From Owenia fusiformis (taxonomy: Eukaryota), in the NCBI GenBank assembly GCA_903813345.2, contig CAIIXF020000001.1, forward strand, positions 15,562,001-15,626,000: a DNA stretch of 64,000 nt. The letters are read 5' to 3'. Each line of letters starts with the position of its first letter. Position 1 is the stretch's first letter. The position numbers were made by a program, and so were the translations under genes. The notes beneath the pieces are model-generated. The model was not told where the DNA came from and did not search any database. It saw only the letters and a list, made by a program, of their open reading frames with translations. This document shows, in pieces, positions 50,501 to 62,192 of this stretch.

Positions 50501-50635
50501 GTTTCACAACCTCCCTGCAATTTGAGTCCCAGACATCAGCATCAAAATTACTGACTTTCCTACCCAGAGCTTTTTGCTCTCTGGGGTCATCAGATTCCAT
50601 TATTCTCTGAGCCATTTCTTCATCTTTGAATAGAA
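47578..50635 (-). CDS. NADAR/YbiA-family (N-glycosidase / ADP-ribosylhydrolase) protein, last two coding exons 50635-50484 and 47781-47578; 5' exons not found in window
   Basis: LFKDEEMAQRIMESDDPREQKALGRKVSNFDADVWD...GSIAK|FSQNEELKKVLLETDGTILVEASPRDTIWGIGL...WRGKNWLG, the NADAR EASPxDxxWGIG and GxNxLG motifs; in-frame GT-AG junction. Confidence 0.88.
47875..50426. mobile_element. Probable solo LTR (2552 bp) in the NADAR intron
   Basis: TGTAACGACCC...GGGTTATCACA termini; 4-bp TSD TTAC (47871-47874, 50427-50430); no coding region. Confidence 0.65.
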
Positions 50636-51915
50636 CTAAAATCACAATGACAAAATAGGATTTTAAAATCAATGAGTCTCAATAAAACTGTCACTTGTGC
50701 TCACCATTCAAAGTCAGCACTCTCAATGGTAAGTAGTGGTAGTAAGAGCTAAAAGTTCATAAGCTTTTGGCAATTTTTCTATAAAATTACAGACACCCTA
50801 CTTTTCAGACTAAGAATTCGACGTTTCTACACAAGTGTTTCCCTATTATTTTTAGTGACGGAGGTCCATAAGACACCAAGGTGTTATTAAAAATGAAAGT
50901 CCATACCTCAAATTACGTTGAGATCGTAGAAATCAGTTCAAATGTGCTCATTCTTCAACAAAAGTATCACAAACGCGTCATCTCGCTAAATCTCGTTTAA
51001 ATCTCTATCCAAATCTCCTCTTCTCAGAGATGCATCCTGGGTAATACAGCATGGAGAATATGGGTCAGACAAAGTCAGCACTATCAATGGTATACTCTAC
51101 CGTAAGATATAATAATACTAGAAGTTCACAAACTTTCTGCCATCTTGGTTTCACAACCGCTTCATCTCGCTAAATCTCGTTTGCAATCGGTCAGTGTAAA
51201 ATCGTATCCTAAAGCCCGAATCCCGGGAAAGTATTCGGTTTATGGCGCGTGCGCATTAAACCCAGTAATCTGATTGGTTTAAGTTATCATGACGCATGCG
51301 CGATTAATAACTTTGTAGGAACATTTAATTTGACATAGATGTCACTTACGTTCATATTTCACAGCGTGTCCTACCCATGATGCACCATATATTGCGGGAT
51401 TTTTTTTGTTTATTGTCAAAACAAAAACTATACACCCAAAACAAATGTAATGATAATGTCAACCTGCCCTGGATTCGTGGACGTTTGTTGTACAAACTTA
51501 AACCGAACCAATGGCAGAAAAGCACTTTGAATCATGGGAATAAAGTACTTCCCTTAATGAAAAACCGAACCTCGTGCAGATTAACCCGACTCGTTGTTTA
51601 CACCAACAATCAATCAGATGGTATTATTACACCAAAAGTAGTGCGAAAAAGTTTTGATGACATTTAAAGACACTGTTCCTCTTTCACGTGCATTATCTCA
51701 TGGAAATGGGCATACCAGTGCAAAGGTCTTTGTTCCGTGATAAAGGAAAGCTATCAAACATTGTCTGAAGAGCATTCTAATTCTACTTTTAACATGGCGA
51801 CCTTGACAACATATAGCCATTTGGGCGATAATAGGTGATTCTAAAGTGAAAATGAGTGCTTTTTCGTAGTTTTACTTTGACCAAGGCTTGAAAATAATTG
51901 AAGTGATAAACCTTC

Positions 51916-52202
51916 CACTGGCGGATTAGGAGGGGGGCTGGGGGCCCGCCCCCCCTTGGGTGGGCCCAGAAAAAAAATTGGGCTCAAAAATTTTTTGGGC
52001 CAAAAAGGCCTTAAGGCCCCAAATAGTGGGCCTTTTTGGTCATAACTGGGCCTTTTAAGGCCTTATTTTTTAATTTCAGGCCAAATTTTGAAGAAAATGG
52101 GCCTCAAAATTTGGGCCCACTTTTTGGTTTCAGGGGCCCCAAATTTTTTTCTGACCTGAAATTTGCCCCCCCCCTCCTTGTTGGTTCTCAGATCCGACCC
52201 TG
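51916..52202. mobile_element. hAT-like GC-rich MITE with 5-bp TSD
   Basis: Imperfect TIR CACTGGCGGAT/ATCCGACCCTG; TSD CCTTC (51911-51915, 52203-52207); GGGCCC-rich interior. Confidence 0.55.
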
Positions 52203-53870
52203 CCTTCCCCCCCCATTTTTGATATTTTTGTTGTCTAGAAGTGTTCTAGACGATATCAAAGTTTAAGAAAATGTGTATGTCTCGAAATATTTTGAAAATT
52301 AGTGCCATTATGGCGGGTCTGGGTGTTTTTTGCTCTCATTTTTACCCATTTCCACGGTTGCAATGGTAACTCATACCTGCCAACCTACCGTATTTTTACC
52401 GGCATCTACCATAAAAAATAATATAAATACCGTAAAAAATTACTGTTTTTTCTTGTAAAACAACCGAAAAAATCTACTGTAATTTTACCAAAATCTACCA
52501 TAAAATATTTTATTATAATTAGATTTTTTCTATAAGAACGGCCGTAAAATATACCGTAAATATTTGAAAATCTACCATATTTCTGCTTGAATTAACAGTA
52601 TTCTTGTTCAAACTACCGTAAAATCTACCGCAATTATCATTAAATAATGAAAAATTGAATTCTTCTCGTATTGCCCTTGTAAAATTCCATTACCAACCCG
52701 AAAATAAATAGGTGCCGGCAGGTCTTTGATGGTGGTTATTGCGTACTTAGTAAGTAACTAAGTAAGCTGGCATGTAATCAATCAACACACTGGGGAATAA
52801 ACAGTGTTCAACTACCACAGGTGTATCACAGGAAGAGTAATCATGATTAATTTGTAAATTGCTACATTGTAGCAATGGTATGAGTATGATGTCACAGTAC
52901 ACTGGGGTCTAACTGGCGTAAAGGGGGAGAAAAAGGGCAAATTTTGCACATGGGGACCACATTTGACTCAAAATATTTGCATTTAACAACATACGTTTCA
53001 GTACATTCTGTGTATGATTTCAAAATGAAATAATCTCGGGGATTTTGCGTCTAAATTTTTTGCATGAGATCTCTGAAGTTGATAACCCAAGTTTAGGTCA
53101 TTTTGGCCAGTTTTTAGAGACTCAGCCCTCACCTATTTCCCCAAATATGACTAGATTTTGTAGAAAATGTGTTAAAAGTTTGAAAATGCAGCTGTTTTGA
53201 GCATGAAATAACTCAATTGTTTGAAAAAATGCTGAATGAGCAAAATTTATCATAGAAAAATTTTCCCATTTTTGGATATTAAGGTGTTACTACGGTAAAT
53301 ACCACTTCCGGGTAGTGTTTTTTAATACTTTAAAAACGAAGCCATGAAACTTCAATGGTGTGTATAGTAGGTTTAAGTGTATGCAATGTGGCCATTTGAG
53401 GTATGTATGTAAAGCTGAGGCCAATTACTTTCTAAATGTGCCCTTTTTAGAAAAAAATCGCAAGAATATAGTCCCGTAAACTTGAACTACTTTATTCGTT
53501 AATTTTCATCGGTGAAGCAGGGATTTTACCTAAAAATGAGTCCCTGTGTTGGCGTAGTGATATTTAAAAATCAAGACGCAAACCCTATGTTAAATATATG
53601 GTCAAGATGAAGGTCATGTATAGGGGAACGCAGAAATATAGTTCTTGTATGGGCTAATTCGTTCGAAAATGGCGATATGTATCCCAGAACCTGAATTTTG
53701 TGATTTTTCAATATTTTTCAATGATTTACCGTAGTGACACCCAAATGGAAATATAAACACTTCCGGTAAATATTCGGTTCAAGTGCGAGTTTGGACCAAC
53801 TTTTGCAAGTTTGACCAGGAAATCACCTTTCATTTGGTATGTTAGTAACATTTTTGATCGTATTGGGTAT

Positions 53871-56695
53871 TGTAACAACTAGCCTAATTTGGGTAGTGTG
53901 GATGGTTGTTATTTATTTTATTAGGCTAGGTCACTTCGAGGGATACTTGGTGCACATTAAATGCACGTGAAGATATAGCGACACAACATCGAATATAAAA
54001 TAAACACACATATATTGTTGCTTATTCAGCCCAAAAATGTATACAGAATAAATCGGTGTAAAATAAGTTGTAAAAGGCTACTTGAAAGTTCTTTGTTTAT
54101 GTGAAATATCAAAGTTTATATTAAAGAGTGTCTATCCATTTCTCACTATCAGTTGTCGAAAATTGCTATCTTTCTGACATCAGTTATCGAGAATATTCTA
54201 AGTTTCTGGACATCATTGGTCGAGAATATTCTATCTTTCTAGACATCAGTTATATCTTCTAAGTTTCTGGACATCAGTTATATGAAATATTCTAAGTTTC
54301 TGGACATCAGTAATCGAATTATTCTAAGTTTCTGGACACCAGTAATCGAAATATTCTAAGTTTCTGGACATCATTGGTCGAGAATATTCTATCTTTCTGA
54401 CATCAGTTATATCTTCTAAGTTTCTGGACATCAGTTACACGAAATATTCCAAGTTTCTAGACATCAGTCGTTGAAATATTCTAAGTTTCTGGACATCAGT
54501 AATCGAAATATTCTAAGTTTCTGGACATCATTGGTCGAGAAGATTCTATCTTTCTGACATCAGTTATATCTTCCAAGTTTCTGGACATCAGTTACACGAA
54601 ATATTCCAAGTTTCTAGACATCAGTCGTTGAAATATTCTAAGTTTCTGGACATCATTGGTCGAGAATATTCTATCTTTCTGACATCAGTTATATCTTCTA
54701 AGTTTCTGGACATCAGTTACACGAAATATTCCAAGTTTCTAGACATCAGTCGTTGAAATATTCTAAGTTCCTGGACATCAGTAATCGAAATATTCTAAGT
54801 TTCTGGACATCATTGGTCGAGAATATTCTATCTTTCTGACATCAGTTATATCTTCTAAGTTTCTGGACATCAGTTACACGAAATATTCCAAGTTTCTAGA
54901 CATCAGTCGTTGAAATATTCTAAGTTTCTGGACATCAGTAATCGAAATATTCTAAGTTTCTGGACATCATTGGTCGAGAATATTCTATCTTTCTGACATC
55001 AGTTATATCTTCTAAGTTTCTGGACATCAGTTACACGAAATATTCTAAGTTTCTGGACATCAGTAATCGAAATATTCTAAGTTTCTGGACATCATTGGTC
55101 GAGAATATTCTATCTTTCTGACATCAGTTATATCTTCTAAGTTTCTGGACATCAGTTACACGAAATATTCCAAGTTTCTAGACATCAGTCGTTGAAATAT
55201 TCTAAGTTTCTGGACATCAGTAATCAAAATATTCTAAGTTTCTGGACATCATTGGTCGAGAATATTCTATCTTTCTGACATCAGTTATATCTTCTAAGTT
55301 TGTAGACATCAGTCGTTGAAATATTCTAAGTTTCTGGACATCAGTTATCGGGAATATTCTATCTCTCTGGACATCAGTTATACGAAATATTCTAAGATTC
55401 GGGACATCAGTTGTTGAGAATATTCTATCTTTCTGACATCAGTAATCGAAATATTCTAAGTTTCTGGACATCATTGGTCGAGAATATTCTATCTTTCTGA
55501 CATCAGTTATATCTTCTAAGTTTCTGGACATCAGTTACACGAAATATTCCAAGTTTCTAGACATCAGTCGTTGAAATATTCTAAGTTTCTGGACATCAGT
55601 AATCGAAATATTCTAAGTTTCTGGACATCCTTGGTCGAGAAGATTCTATCTTTCTGACATCAGTTATATCTTCCAAGTTTCTGGACATCAGTTACACGAA
55701 ATATTCCAAGTTTCTAGACATCAGTCGTTGAAATATTCTAAGTTTCTGGACATCATTGGTCGAGAATATTCTATCTTTCTGACATCAGTTATATCTTCTA
55801 AGTTTCTGGACATCAGTTACACGAAATATTCCAAGTTTCTAGACATCAGTCGTTGAAATATTCTAAGTTCCTGGACATCAGTAATCGAAATATTCTAAGT
55901 TTCTGGACATCATAGTTGAAATATTCTAAGTTTCTGGACATCAGTTGCCGGGAATATTCTATCTTTCTGACATCAGTTGCTGGGAATATTCTATCTTTCT
56001 GGGATGTCGTAAATATTCTAAGTTTCTCAGCCTCTTAGTCCCTCGTCTGTAGATGAGACACTGGCATAGGAGCTCCTTCCTCTTCAAAAGTGGTGTACGT
56101 GTCTGCTAGGAGCGATCAGTGCTCTGCTTTTATACCCCAGACATGTATGTAGCATGTACTAGGCACATGGCTTTCACGTGACTAATGGGCTGATGCAAGA
56201 CCTAGTCAGTCCACTAGAATCCCAGGCAGGATATCACTAGTGCAAAATAAACAACCATGGTGCAATGAGGAAATAACTTTTGCAAAATAAATGGCTTTGC
56301 TTAGCAATCACGATTTCTGCTGTTTAACACAAAACGAACACATATCTTGTAATGTATTAGCTAGATTAAGATATAAACTAGATAAATATAACAAAAACCA
56401 ATCATCATTAGCTCTAATTATGGTGAAATTGCAAGGAAAAACGAGTAAGTGAATGTAGGTCAGCAGAGTTCTTCTACAGGAAGTGAGAAAAATGTACAGA
56501 TAAAAACAAAAATAAATCTCACAGAAAATAGCAGTTAAAACGACTCCCTGTACATCTAAAGTGTTCCATACCTTAATGTAAGTATAACACAACCTTGACT
56601 GGGAAACACTTTCCTACTGTAAAAACTGTCTGAACTGCTAGAAAATGGTATTTGACTCCAAAAATAAAAAATTGAAAAATTAAAAATTTGTTACA
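53871..56695 (-). repeat. 3' LTR
   Basis: Direct repeat of 59929-62753 at offset 6058; TG...CA ends. Confidence 0.95.
54140..56030. repeat. Higher-order tandem array (28-33-bp monomers) inside the 3' LTR
   Basis: Recurrent core TTCTAAGTTTCTGGACATCA with a small set of variant monomers. Confidence 0.95.
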
Positions 56696-56707
56696 CTCCT
56701 CCCATCC
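56696..56707 (-). other. Polypurine tract
   Basis: Minus strand GGATGGGAGGAG immediately before the 3' LTR TGTAAC. Confidence 0.75.
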
Positions 56708-57039
56708 AATGATTTTGGTGTTTACAACACCAAGCCTAAATACATAAAAAGATAACAAATTTTTCCTAACTAGATATTTTCTAAAAATATAACCTGCCAA
56801 ATATACTTAACCCCAGGGTCAACTAGCTGCAACTACAATGCACAACGAAAGTTCGGAAACCTAAACTCATTAAACGCTGGTATCTCAAAACTTAACACTA
56901 AATATCTAACTACCTACTTAATACAAATGTCTAACTACTATGTACAAAAACCTTTCAGTTTTAACTCTCAGCTAATTGTTAAGTATGAATACAAAATTAT
57001 ACTCATGCTAAATGTCTCGTTCAAGGCTCAACTCTCTGG

Positions 57040-59880
57040 TTAGTGCTTCACTCTATGGGAATAACAATGATCCCTCCAGTCGCCATCCAAGTCACGTTCA
57101 GGTTGAGTCCTCCAATGTCTCATTCTATTCATTTTGGATAGGGGTGCCTTAGCTGAGTAAGTTCTAGGTTCCTCATCCGTACTGTCAATTCTAAGGTTGT
57201 AGTCTTCACTTAGCCCAGACACTTTACAACATCTTTTGTTCCTGGCACATCTATGTCCTCTGAAGCAGGAAAAACCAGCTAGGTCCGCAGCTGTCCTCCT
57301 AGACGATCTCTTGGGATGTGTCGAGCTGTCTCTCGTCCCAAATCTTTCTCGTTGATCTACCTCTCTGTCTTTGACTTCACTCGCTTGATCTTTAGGCACT
57401 CCTGAGTCTATAGGGTGATCAGCAAAACTTCCTTGATTCTCTGACTCAAATGTCATTTTACACTGGCGATAGTTCAATACAGCTCCAGAGGCAGCTAAGT
57501 AATCTGTGCCTAAGATTCCGTCAAAGCCAATGTCGGCCACAACAACCTCTATGTTCTCTGTATGACCATCAATGTTAACCTCAAGACATGAAACACCTTT
57601 CGTTTGCAGCGGTTGTCCACCAGCTTGCAAGATAACTCTCTTAGGCGGCTCAAGCTTGGGTCTTCTGTGTTTAGGTATATTCTGGTAGACCTTTGAACTC
57701 ATGATAGTACTAGCTGCTCCAGAGTCAACTAAAAATGAAACATTGGTGTCGCAAACTGTACCATGTGCCACTATCTTCTGAGTGTCCTTGGGAGACTGAA
57801 CATCATTCCCCTGCAGAGAAAGAAATTCAATGGTAGCAATCTGGCCAGATCTCTCATGTACTGTTTTATCTCGCTCTTCGGCACGCTTCCTTGAATAACA
57901 ATCAGCTATCCGGTGACCAGGCTTGTGACAATAGAAACATTTAGGTCTATTGTTCATGTTCTCCCTATTTGTAGATTCCAATCTGGTTAACTTCATCAGG
58001 TCAACCATTTTCTCCAGGTTCTTGGTGCAAGCTTCTTGCACAGCTTGTTGCATTTGTTCTATCATTTGAGCCATCTTCTGGAACACATCTTCCTTATTAT
58101 CAGGAGTACTTACTGAGTTGCAGTACTCTTCCTCGGAATCGATGAAGTTCACCCTTAACTTTGGTTTTTGGCCTTTCCTTATTCGTTCTGATTCTAGAAA
58201 CGACTCCTCCTTGAGGGCTACTTCTATGGCCTTATCGAGTGTAATGCATTCCTTCAAGTGTATTGTTCGTCTTATATCATCATCCTGAATAGCTTGCTCA
58301 AAGCTCCGTCTCGCTAGGCGATCTTGGGCTGACTGGCTCATCTCCGGATAAGCTAAAGCTGTGAGCCTGCGGATGTCCTGACCCAATGCCGGAAGGGATT
58401 CCTTTGGTTTTCGAATTCGGCCAACTAACTCTGCCTCATAGACGTCAGCTTTACCCCCAGGGCCAAAACGCTTCTCCAGGGCTAGGAGGAGTTGATCGTA
58501 GCTATAATCATGTCCCATCTCTAGCACTATTTGTTGGGCAGGTCCTCTCAGACTTGTTGCTAAGAACCTCCTCTTCTCCTCTTCCGACCATTTATTAGCC
58601 TCCCCACAAATCTCGAAATATGCTCTGTAATCTTGCCATGGTGTAGTTCCAGAATAAACGTCAGGTTTTATTTTGCTTTTGCTGGATTGTTGAGAAGTTC
58701 CTTTTACAAGTTTATCACATAACTTGGAGCACATTTTGACAAGCTCTGCTGATAGATTTGAACCATGAAGGCTATCATCATTTTCCGATCTGTCCACTGA
58801 ACCAGCTGGCTTTGGACTAGGAGATCTCTTCTTTGGTGAATCTTTAGGTTGATTAAGTGGCTCTTTCTTCCGGAATGGAGAAAAGCATTGAAAAGAGGTG
58901 GAATCAGCATGCTCATCCCCTGACTTGTCCCCAATTGGACCAAAACCCTCTAAATCTTCAGGTTGCTGCTGATTGAATTCCTGGGTTTTATCCTCCATCA
59001 AATTTGAACCGGGACTCAGCAAAACTTTATCTTGCCTACGCAGCTGCCAAGGCTTTGTCACACCTGAAGCCAATGGGGTAGGTGTAAAACAGTCTTCAGA
59101 CCTGGTGATTGAGGTAGTTTTTGGCATTGTAGGCTGATGTTGGCTATCATCCATCAAGGAAGTCTGCATTCTGGTGACATTTCCTGCATGACGGGGGTTA
59201 TCATATGATGGTGGAATACTAGCTTGAATTTTCTCCATCTGACTCTTGATACCCTGTAGTTGTGTCTGTTGTTGATCCTGACAACGTCGAACTTGCTCTG
59301 CGATCTGGGTAATGTTGTGTACTTGAGTACTTTGAGTCTCCAATACTTGCTTCATACACTTCTGTTGGGTTTCAGCCAAGTTTTGCATCTGTCTTTGTTG
59401 AGCCACCAAAGATTCACTAAACATCTCAATCCTTCTCTCAATCTTGCTTTCTATTACGTTTAAGTCTGGTCTCCTTGGATCCTCTTCTCTAAACCTCCTG
59501 GTTGATCCGCCAACAACAGAAGAAGTTAAAGGAAATCTTTGTCTTCCTTGGGGATCTCTTCTTTGAGAGATGGGGTCAAATGGCGTCTCAAGTTCTGTCG
59601 ATACACCTCCTGTCCAATATCCTGTACTCGATAAACTGGGCAACCCTCTCTGCTCAGTATTAATCTCAGTCATTTTGGGTCTGGCTCCTTCTGCCAGGGT
59701 GACCTTCCCAGGGGACTGTTCCTGTTCCGCATCATCTTCTATCACTGGTGCTGTCTCATCAGCGGCACCTGGATTATCGATTTCCATATCATCTGACTTA
59801 AGAAAAACTGTTTTCTCCAGGTCCCCCTCAGTTACGTCCTCAACAGCTGGAGGAGGTGGAAAGTCAGTTCCTTGTTCCAT
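57040..59880 (-). CDS. Gag-protease polyprotein (946 aa), no RT/RNaseH/integrase
   Basis: Gypsy capsid-like region KPDVYSGTTPWQDYRAYFE...WSEEEK...LRGPA; zinc knuckle CFYCHKPGHRIADC; aspartic protease FLVDSGA...GILGTDYL. Confidence 0.92.
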   Translation of the reverse strand: MEQGTDFPPPPAVEDVTEGDLEKTVFLKSDDMEIDNPGAADETAPVIEDDAEQEQSPGKVTLAEGARPKMTEINTEQRGLPSLSSTGYWTGGVSTELETPFDPISQRRDPQGRQRFPLTSSVVGGSTRRFREEDPRRPDLNVIESKIERRIEMFSESLVAQQRQMQNLAETQQKCMKQVLETQSTQVHNITQIAEQVRRCQDQQQTQLQGIKSQMEKIQASIPPSYDNPRHAGNVTRMQTSLMDDSQHQPTMPKTTSITRSEDCFTPTPLASGVTKPWQLRRQDKVLLSPGSNLMEDKTQEFNQQQPEDLEGFGPIGDKSGDEHADSTSFQCFSPFRKKEPLNQPKDSPKKRSPSPKPAGSVDRSENDDSLHGSNLSAELVKMCSKLCDKLVKGTSQQSSKSKIKPDVYSGTTPWQDYRAYFEICGEANKWSEEEKRRFLATSLRGPAQQIVLEMGHDYSYDQLLLALEKRFGPGGKADVYEAELVGRIRKPKESLPALGQDIRRLTALAYPEMSQSAQDRLARRSFEQAIQDDDIRRTIHLKECITLDKAIEVALKEESFLESERIRKGQKPKLRVNFIDSEEEYCNSVSTPDNKEDVFQKMAQMIEQMQQAVQEACTKNLEKMVDLMKLTRLESTNRENMNNRPKCFYCHKPGHRIADCYSRKRAEERDKTVHERSGQIATIEFLSLQGNDVQSPKDTQKIVAHGTVCDTNVSFLVDSGAASTIMSSKVYQNIPKHRRPKLEPPKRVILQAGGQPLQTKGVSCLEVNIDGHTENIEVVVADIGFDGILGTDYLAASGAVLNYRQCKMTFESENQGSFADHPIDSGVPKDQASEVKDREVDQRERFGTRDSSTHPKRSSRRTAADLAGFSCFRGHRCARNKRCCKVSGLSEDYNLRIDSTDEEPRTYSAKAPLSKMNRMRHWRTQPERDLDGDWRDHCYSHRVKH

Positions 59881-59908
59881 TTTCGAATATTGTATTACTA
59901 ATCAACAC

Positions 59909-59927
59909 AATCCCACCGCTGCCACCA
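59909..59927 (-). other. Primer binding site complementary to the tRNA-Leu 3' end
   Basis: Plus strand AATCCCACCGCTGCCACCA matches, from memory, the 3' end incl. CCA of animal tRNA-Leu(AAG/TAG); 1 nt from the 5' LTR. Confidence 0.85.
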
Positions 59928-60197
59928 ATGTAACAACTAGCCTAATTTGGGTAGTGTGGATGGTTGTTATTTATTTTATTAGGCTAGGTCACTTCGAGGG
60001 ATACTTGGTGCACATTAAATGCACGTGAAGATATAGCGACACAACATCGAATATAAAATAAACACACATATATTGTTGCTTATTCAGCCCAAAAATGTAT
60101 ACAGAATAAATCGGTGTAAAATAAGTTGTAAAAGGCTACTTGAAAGTTCTTTGTTTATGTGAAATATCAAAGTTTATATTAAAGAGTGTCTATCCAT

Positions 60198-62088
60198 TTC
60201 TCACTATCAGTTGTCGAAAATTGCTATCTTTCTGACATCAGTTATCGAGAATATTCTAAGTTTCTGGACATCATTGGTCGAGAATATTCTATCTTTCTAG
60301 ACATCAGTTATATCTTCTAAGTTTCTGGACATCAGTTATATGAAATATTCTAAGTTTCTGGACATCAGTAATCGAATTATTCTAAGTTTCTGGACACCAG
60401 TAATCGAAATATTCTAAGTTTCTGGACATCATTGGTCGAGAATATTCTATCTTTCTGACATCAGTTATATCTTCTAAGTTTCTGGACATCAGTTACACGA
60501 AATATTCCAAGTTTCTAGACATCAGTCGTTGAAATATTCTAAGTTTCTGGACATCAGTAATCGAAATATTCTAAGTTTCTGGACATCATTGGTCGAGAAG
60601 ATTCTATCTTTCTGACATCAGTTATATCTTCCAAGTTTCTGGACATCAGTTACACGAAATATTCCAAGTTTCTAGACATCAGTCGTTGAAATATTCTAAG
60701 TTTCTGGACATCATTGGTCGAGAATATTCTATCTTTCTGACATCAGTTATATCTTCTAAGTTTCTGGACATCAGTTACACGAAATATTCCAAGTTTCTAG
60801 ACATCAGTCGTTGAAATATTCTAAGTTCCTGGACATCAGTAATCGAAATATTCTAAGTTTCTGGACATCATTGGTCGAGAATATTCTATCTTTCTGACAT
60901 CAGTTATATCTTCTAAGTTTCTGGACATCAGTTACACGAAATATTCCAAGTTTCTAGACATCAGTCGTTGAAATATTCTAAGTTTCTGGACATCAGTAAT
61001 CGAAATATTCTAAGTTTCTGGACATCATTGGTCGAGAATATTCTATCTTTCTGACATCAGTTATATCTTCTAAGTTTCTGGACATCAGTTACACGAAATA
61101 TTCTAAGTTTCTGGACATCAGTAATCGAAATATTCTAAGTTTCTGGACATCATTGGTCGAGAATATTCTATCTTTCTGACATCAGTTATATCTTCTAAGT
61201 TTCTGGACATCAGTTACACGAAATATTCCAAGTTTCTAGACATCAGTCGTTGAAATATTCTAAGTTTCTGGACATCAGTAATCAAAATATTCTAAGTTTC
61301 TGGACATCATTGGTCGAGAATATTCTATCTTTCTGACATCAGTTATATCTTCTAAGTTTGTAGACATCAGTCGTTGAAATATTCTAAGTTTCTGGACATC
61401 AGTTATCGGGAATATTCTATCTCTCTGGACATCAGTTATACGAAATATTCTAAGATTCGGGACATCAGTTGTTGAGAATATTCTATCTTTCTGACATCAG
61501 TAATCGAAATATTCTAAGTTTCTGGACATCATTGGTCGAGAATATTCTATCTTTCTGACATCAGTTATATCTTCTAAGTTTCTGGACATCAGTTACACGA
61601 AATATTCCAAGTTTCTAGACATCAGTCGTTGAAATATTCTAAGTTTCTGGACATCAGTAATCGAAATATTCTAAGTTTCTGGACATCCTTGGTCGAGAAG
61701 ATTCTATCTTTCTGACATCAGTTATATCTTCCAAGTTTCTGGACATCAGTTACACGAAATATTCCAAGTTTCTAGACATCAGTCGTTGAAATATTCTAAG
61801 TTTCTGGACATCATTGGTCGAGAATATTCTATCTTTCTGACATCAGTTATATCTTCTAAGTTTCTGGACATCAGTTACACGAAATATTCCAAGTTTCTAG
61901 ACATCAGTCGTTGAAATATTCTAAGTTCCTGGACATCAGTAATCGAAATATTCTAAGTTTCTGGACATCATAGTTGAAATATTCTAAGTTTCTGGACATC
62001 AGTTGCCGGGAATATTCTATCTTTCTGACATCAGTTGCTGGGAATATTCTATCTTTCTGGGATGTCGTAAATATTCTAAGTTTCTCAG
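60198..62088. repeat. Higher-order tandem array inside the 5' LTR
   Basis: Same monomer order as 54140-56030. Confidence 0.95.
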
Positions 62089-62185
62089 CCTCTTAGTCCC
62101 TCGTCTGTAGATGAGACACTGGCATAGGAGCTCCTTCCTCTTCAAAAGTGGTGTACGTGTCTGCTAGGAGCGATCAGTGCTCTGC

Positions 62186-62192
62186 TTTTATA
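62186..62192 (-). promoter_or_regulatory. Candidate LTR TATA box
   Basis: GGGGTATAAAAGCAG on minus strand, with a CACGTG E-box ~45 nt upstream; ~560 nt from the LTR start. Confidence 0.55.

Noticed and set aside
54140-56030. CRISPR-like look of the LTR array (constant core with variable intervening bases)
   Set aside because: Variable parts are only ~6-12 nt and recur periodically instead of being unique spacers; no cas genes; eukaryotic LTR context.
56308-56800. 94-aa and 75-aa ORFs (and the copy at 62366-62650) as possible env or accessory genes
   Set aside because: They lie in or overlap AT-rich LTR sequence, use non-ATG starts and show no recognisable motifs.
59909-59927. tRNA gene
   Set aside because: Only the 3' 19 nt including CCA are present, adjacent to an LTR; this is a PBS.
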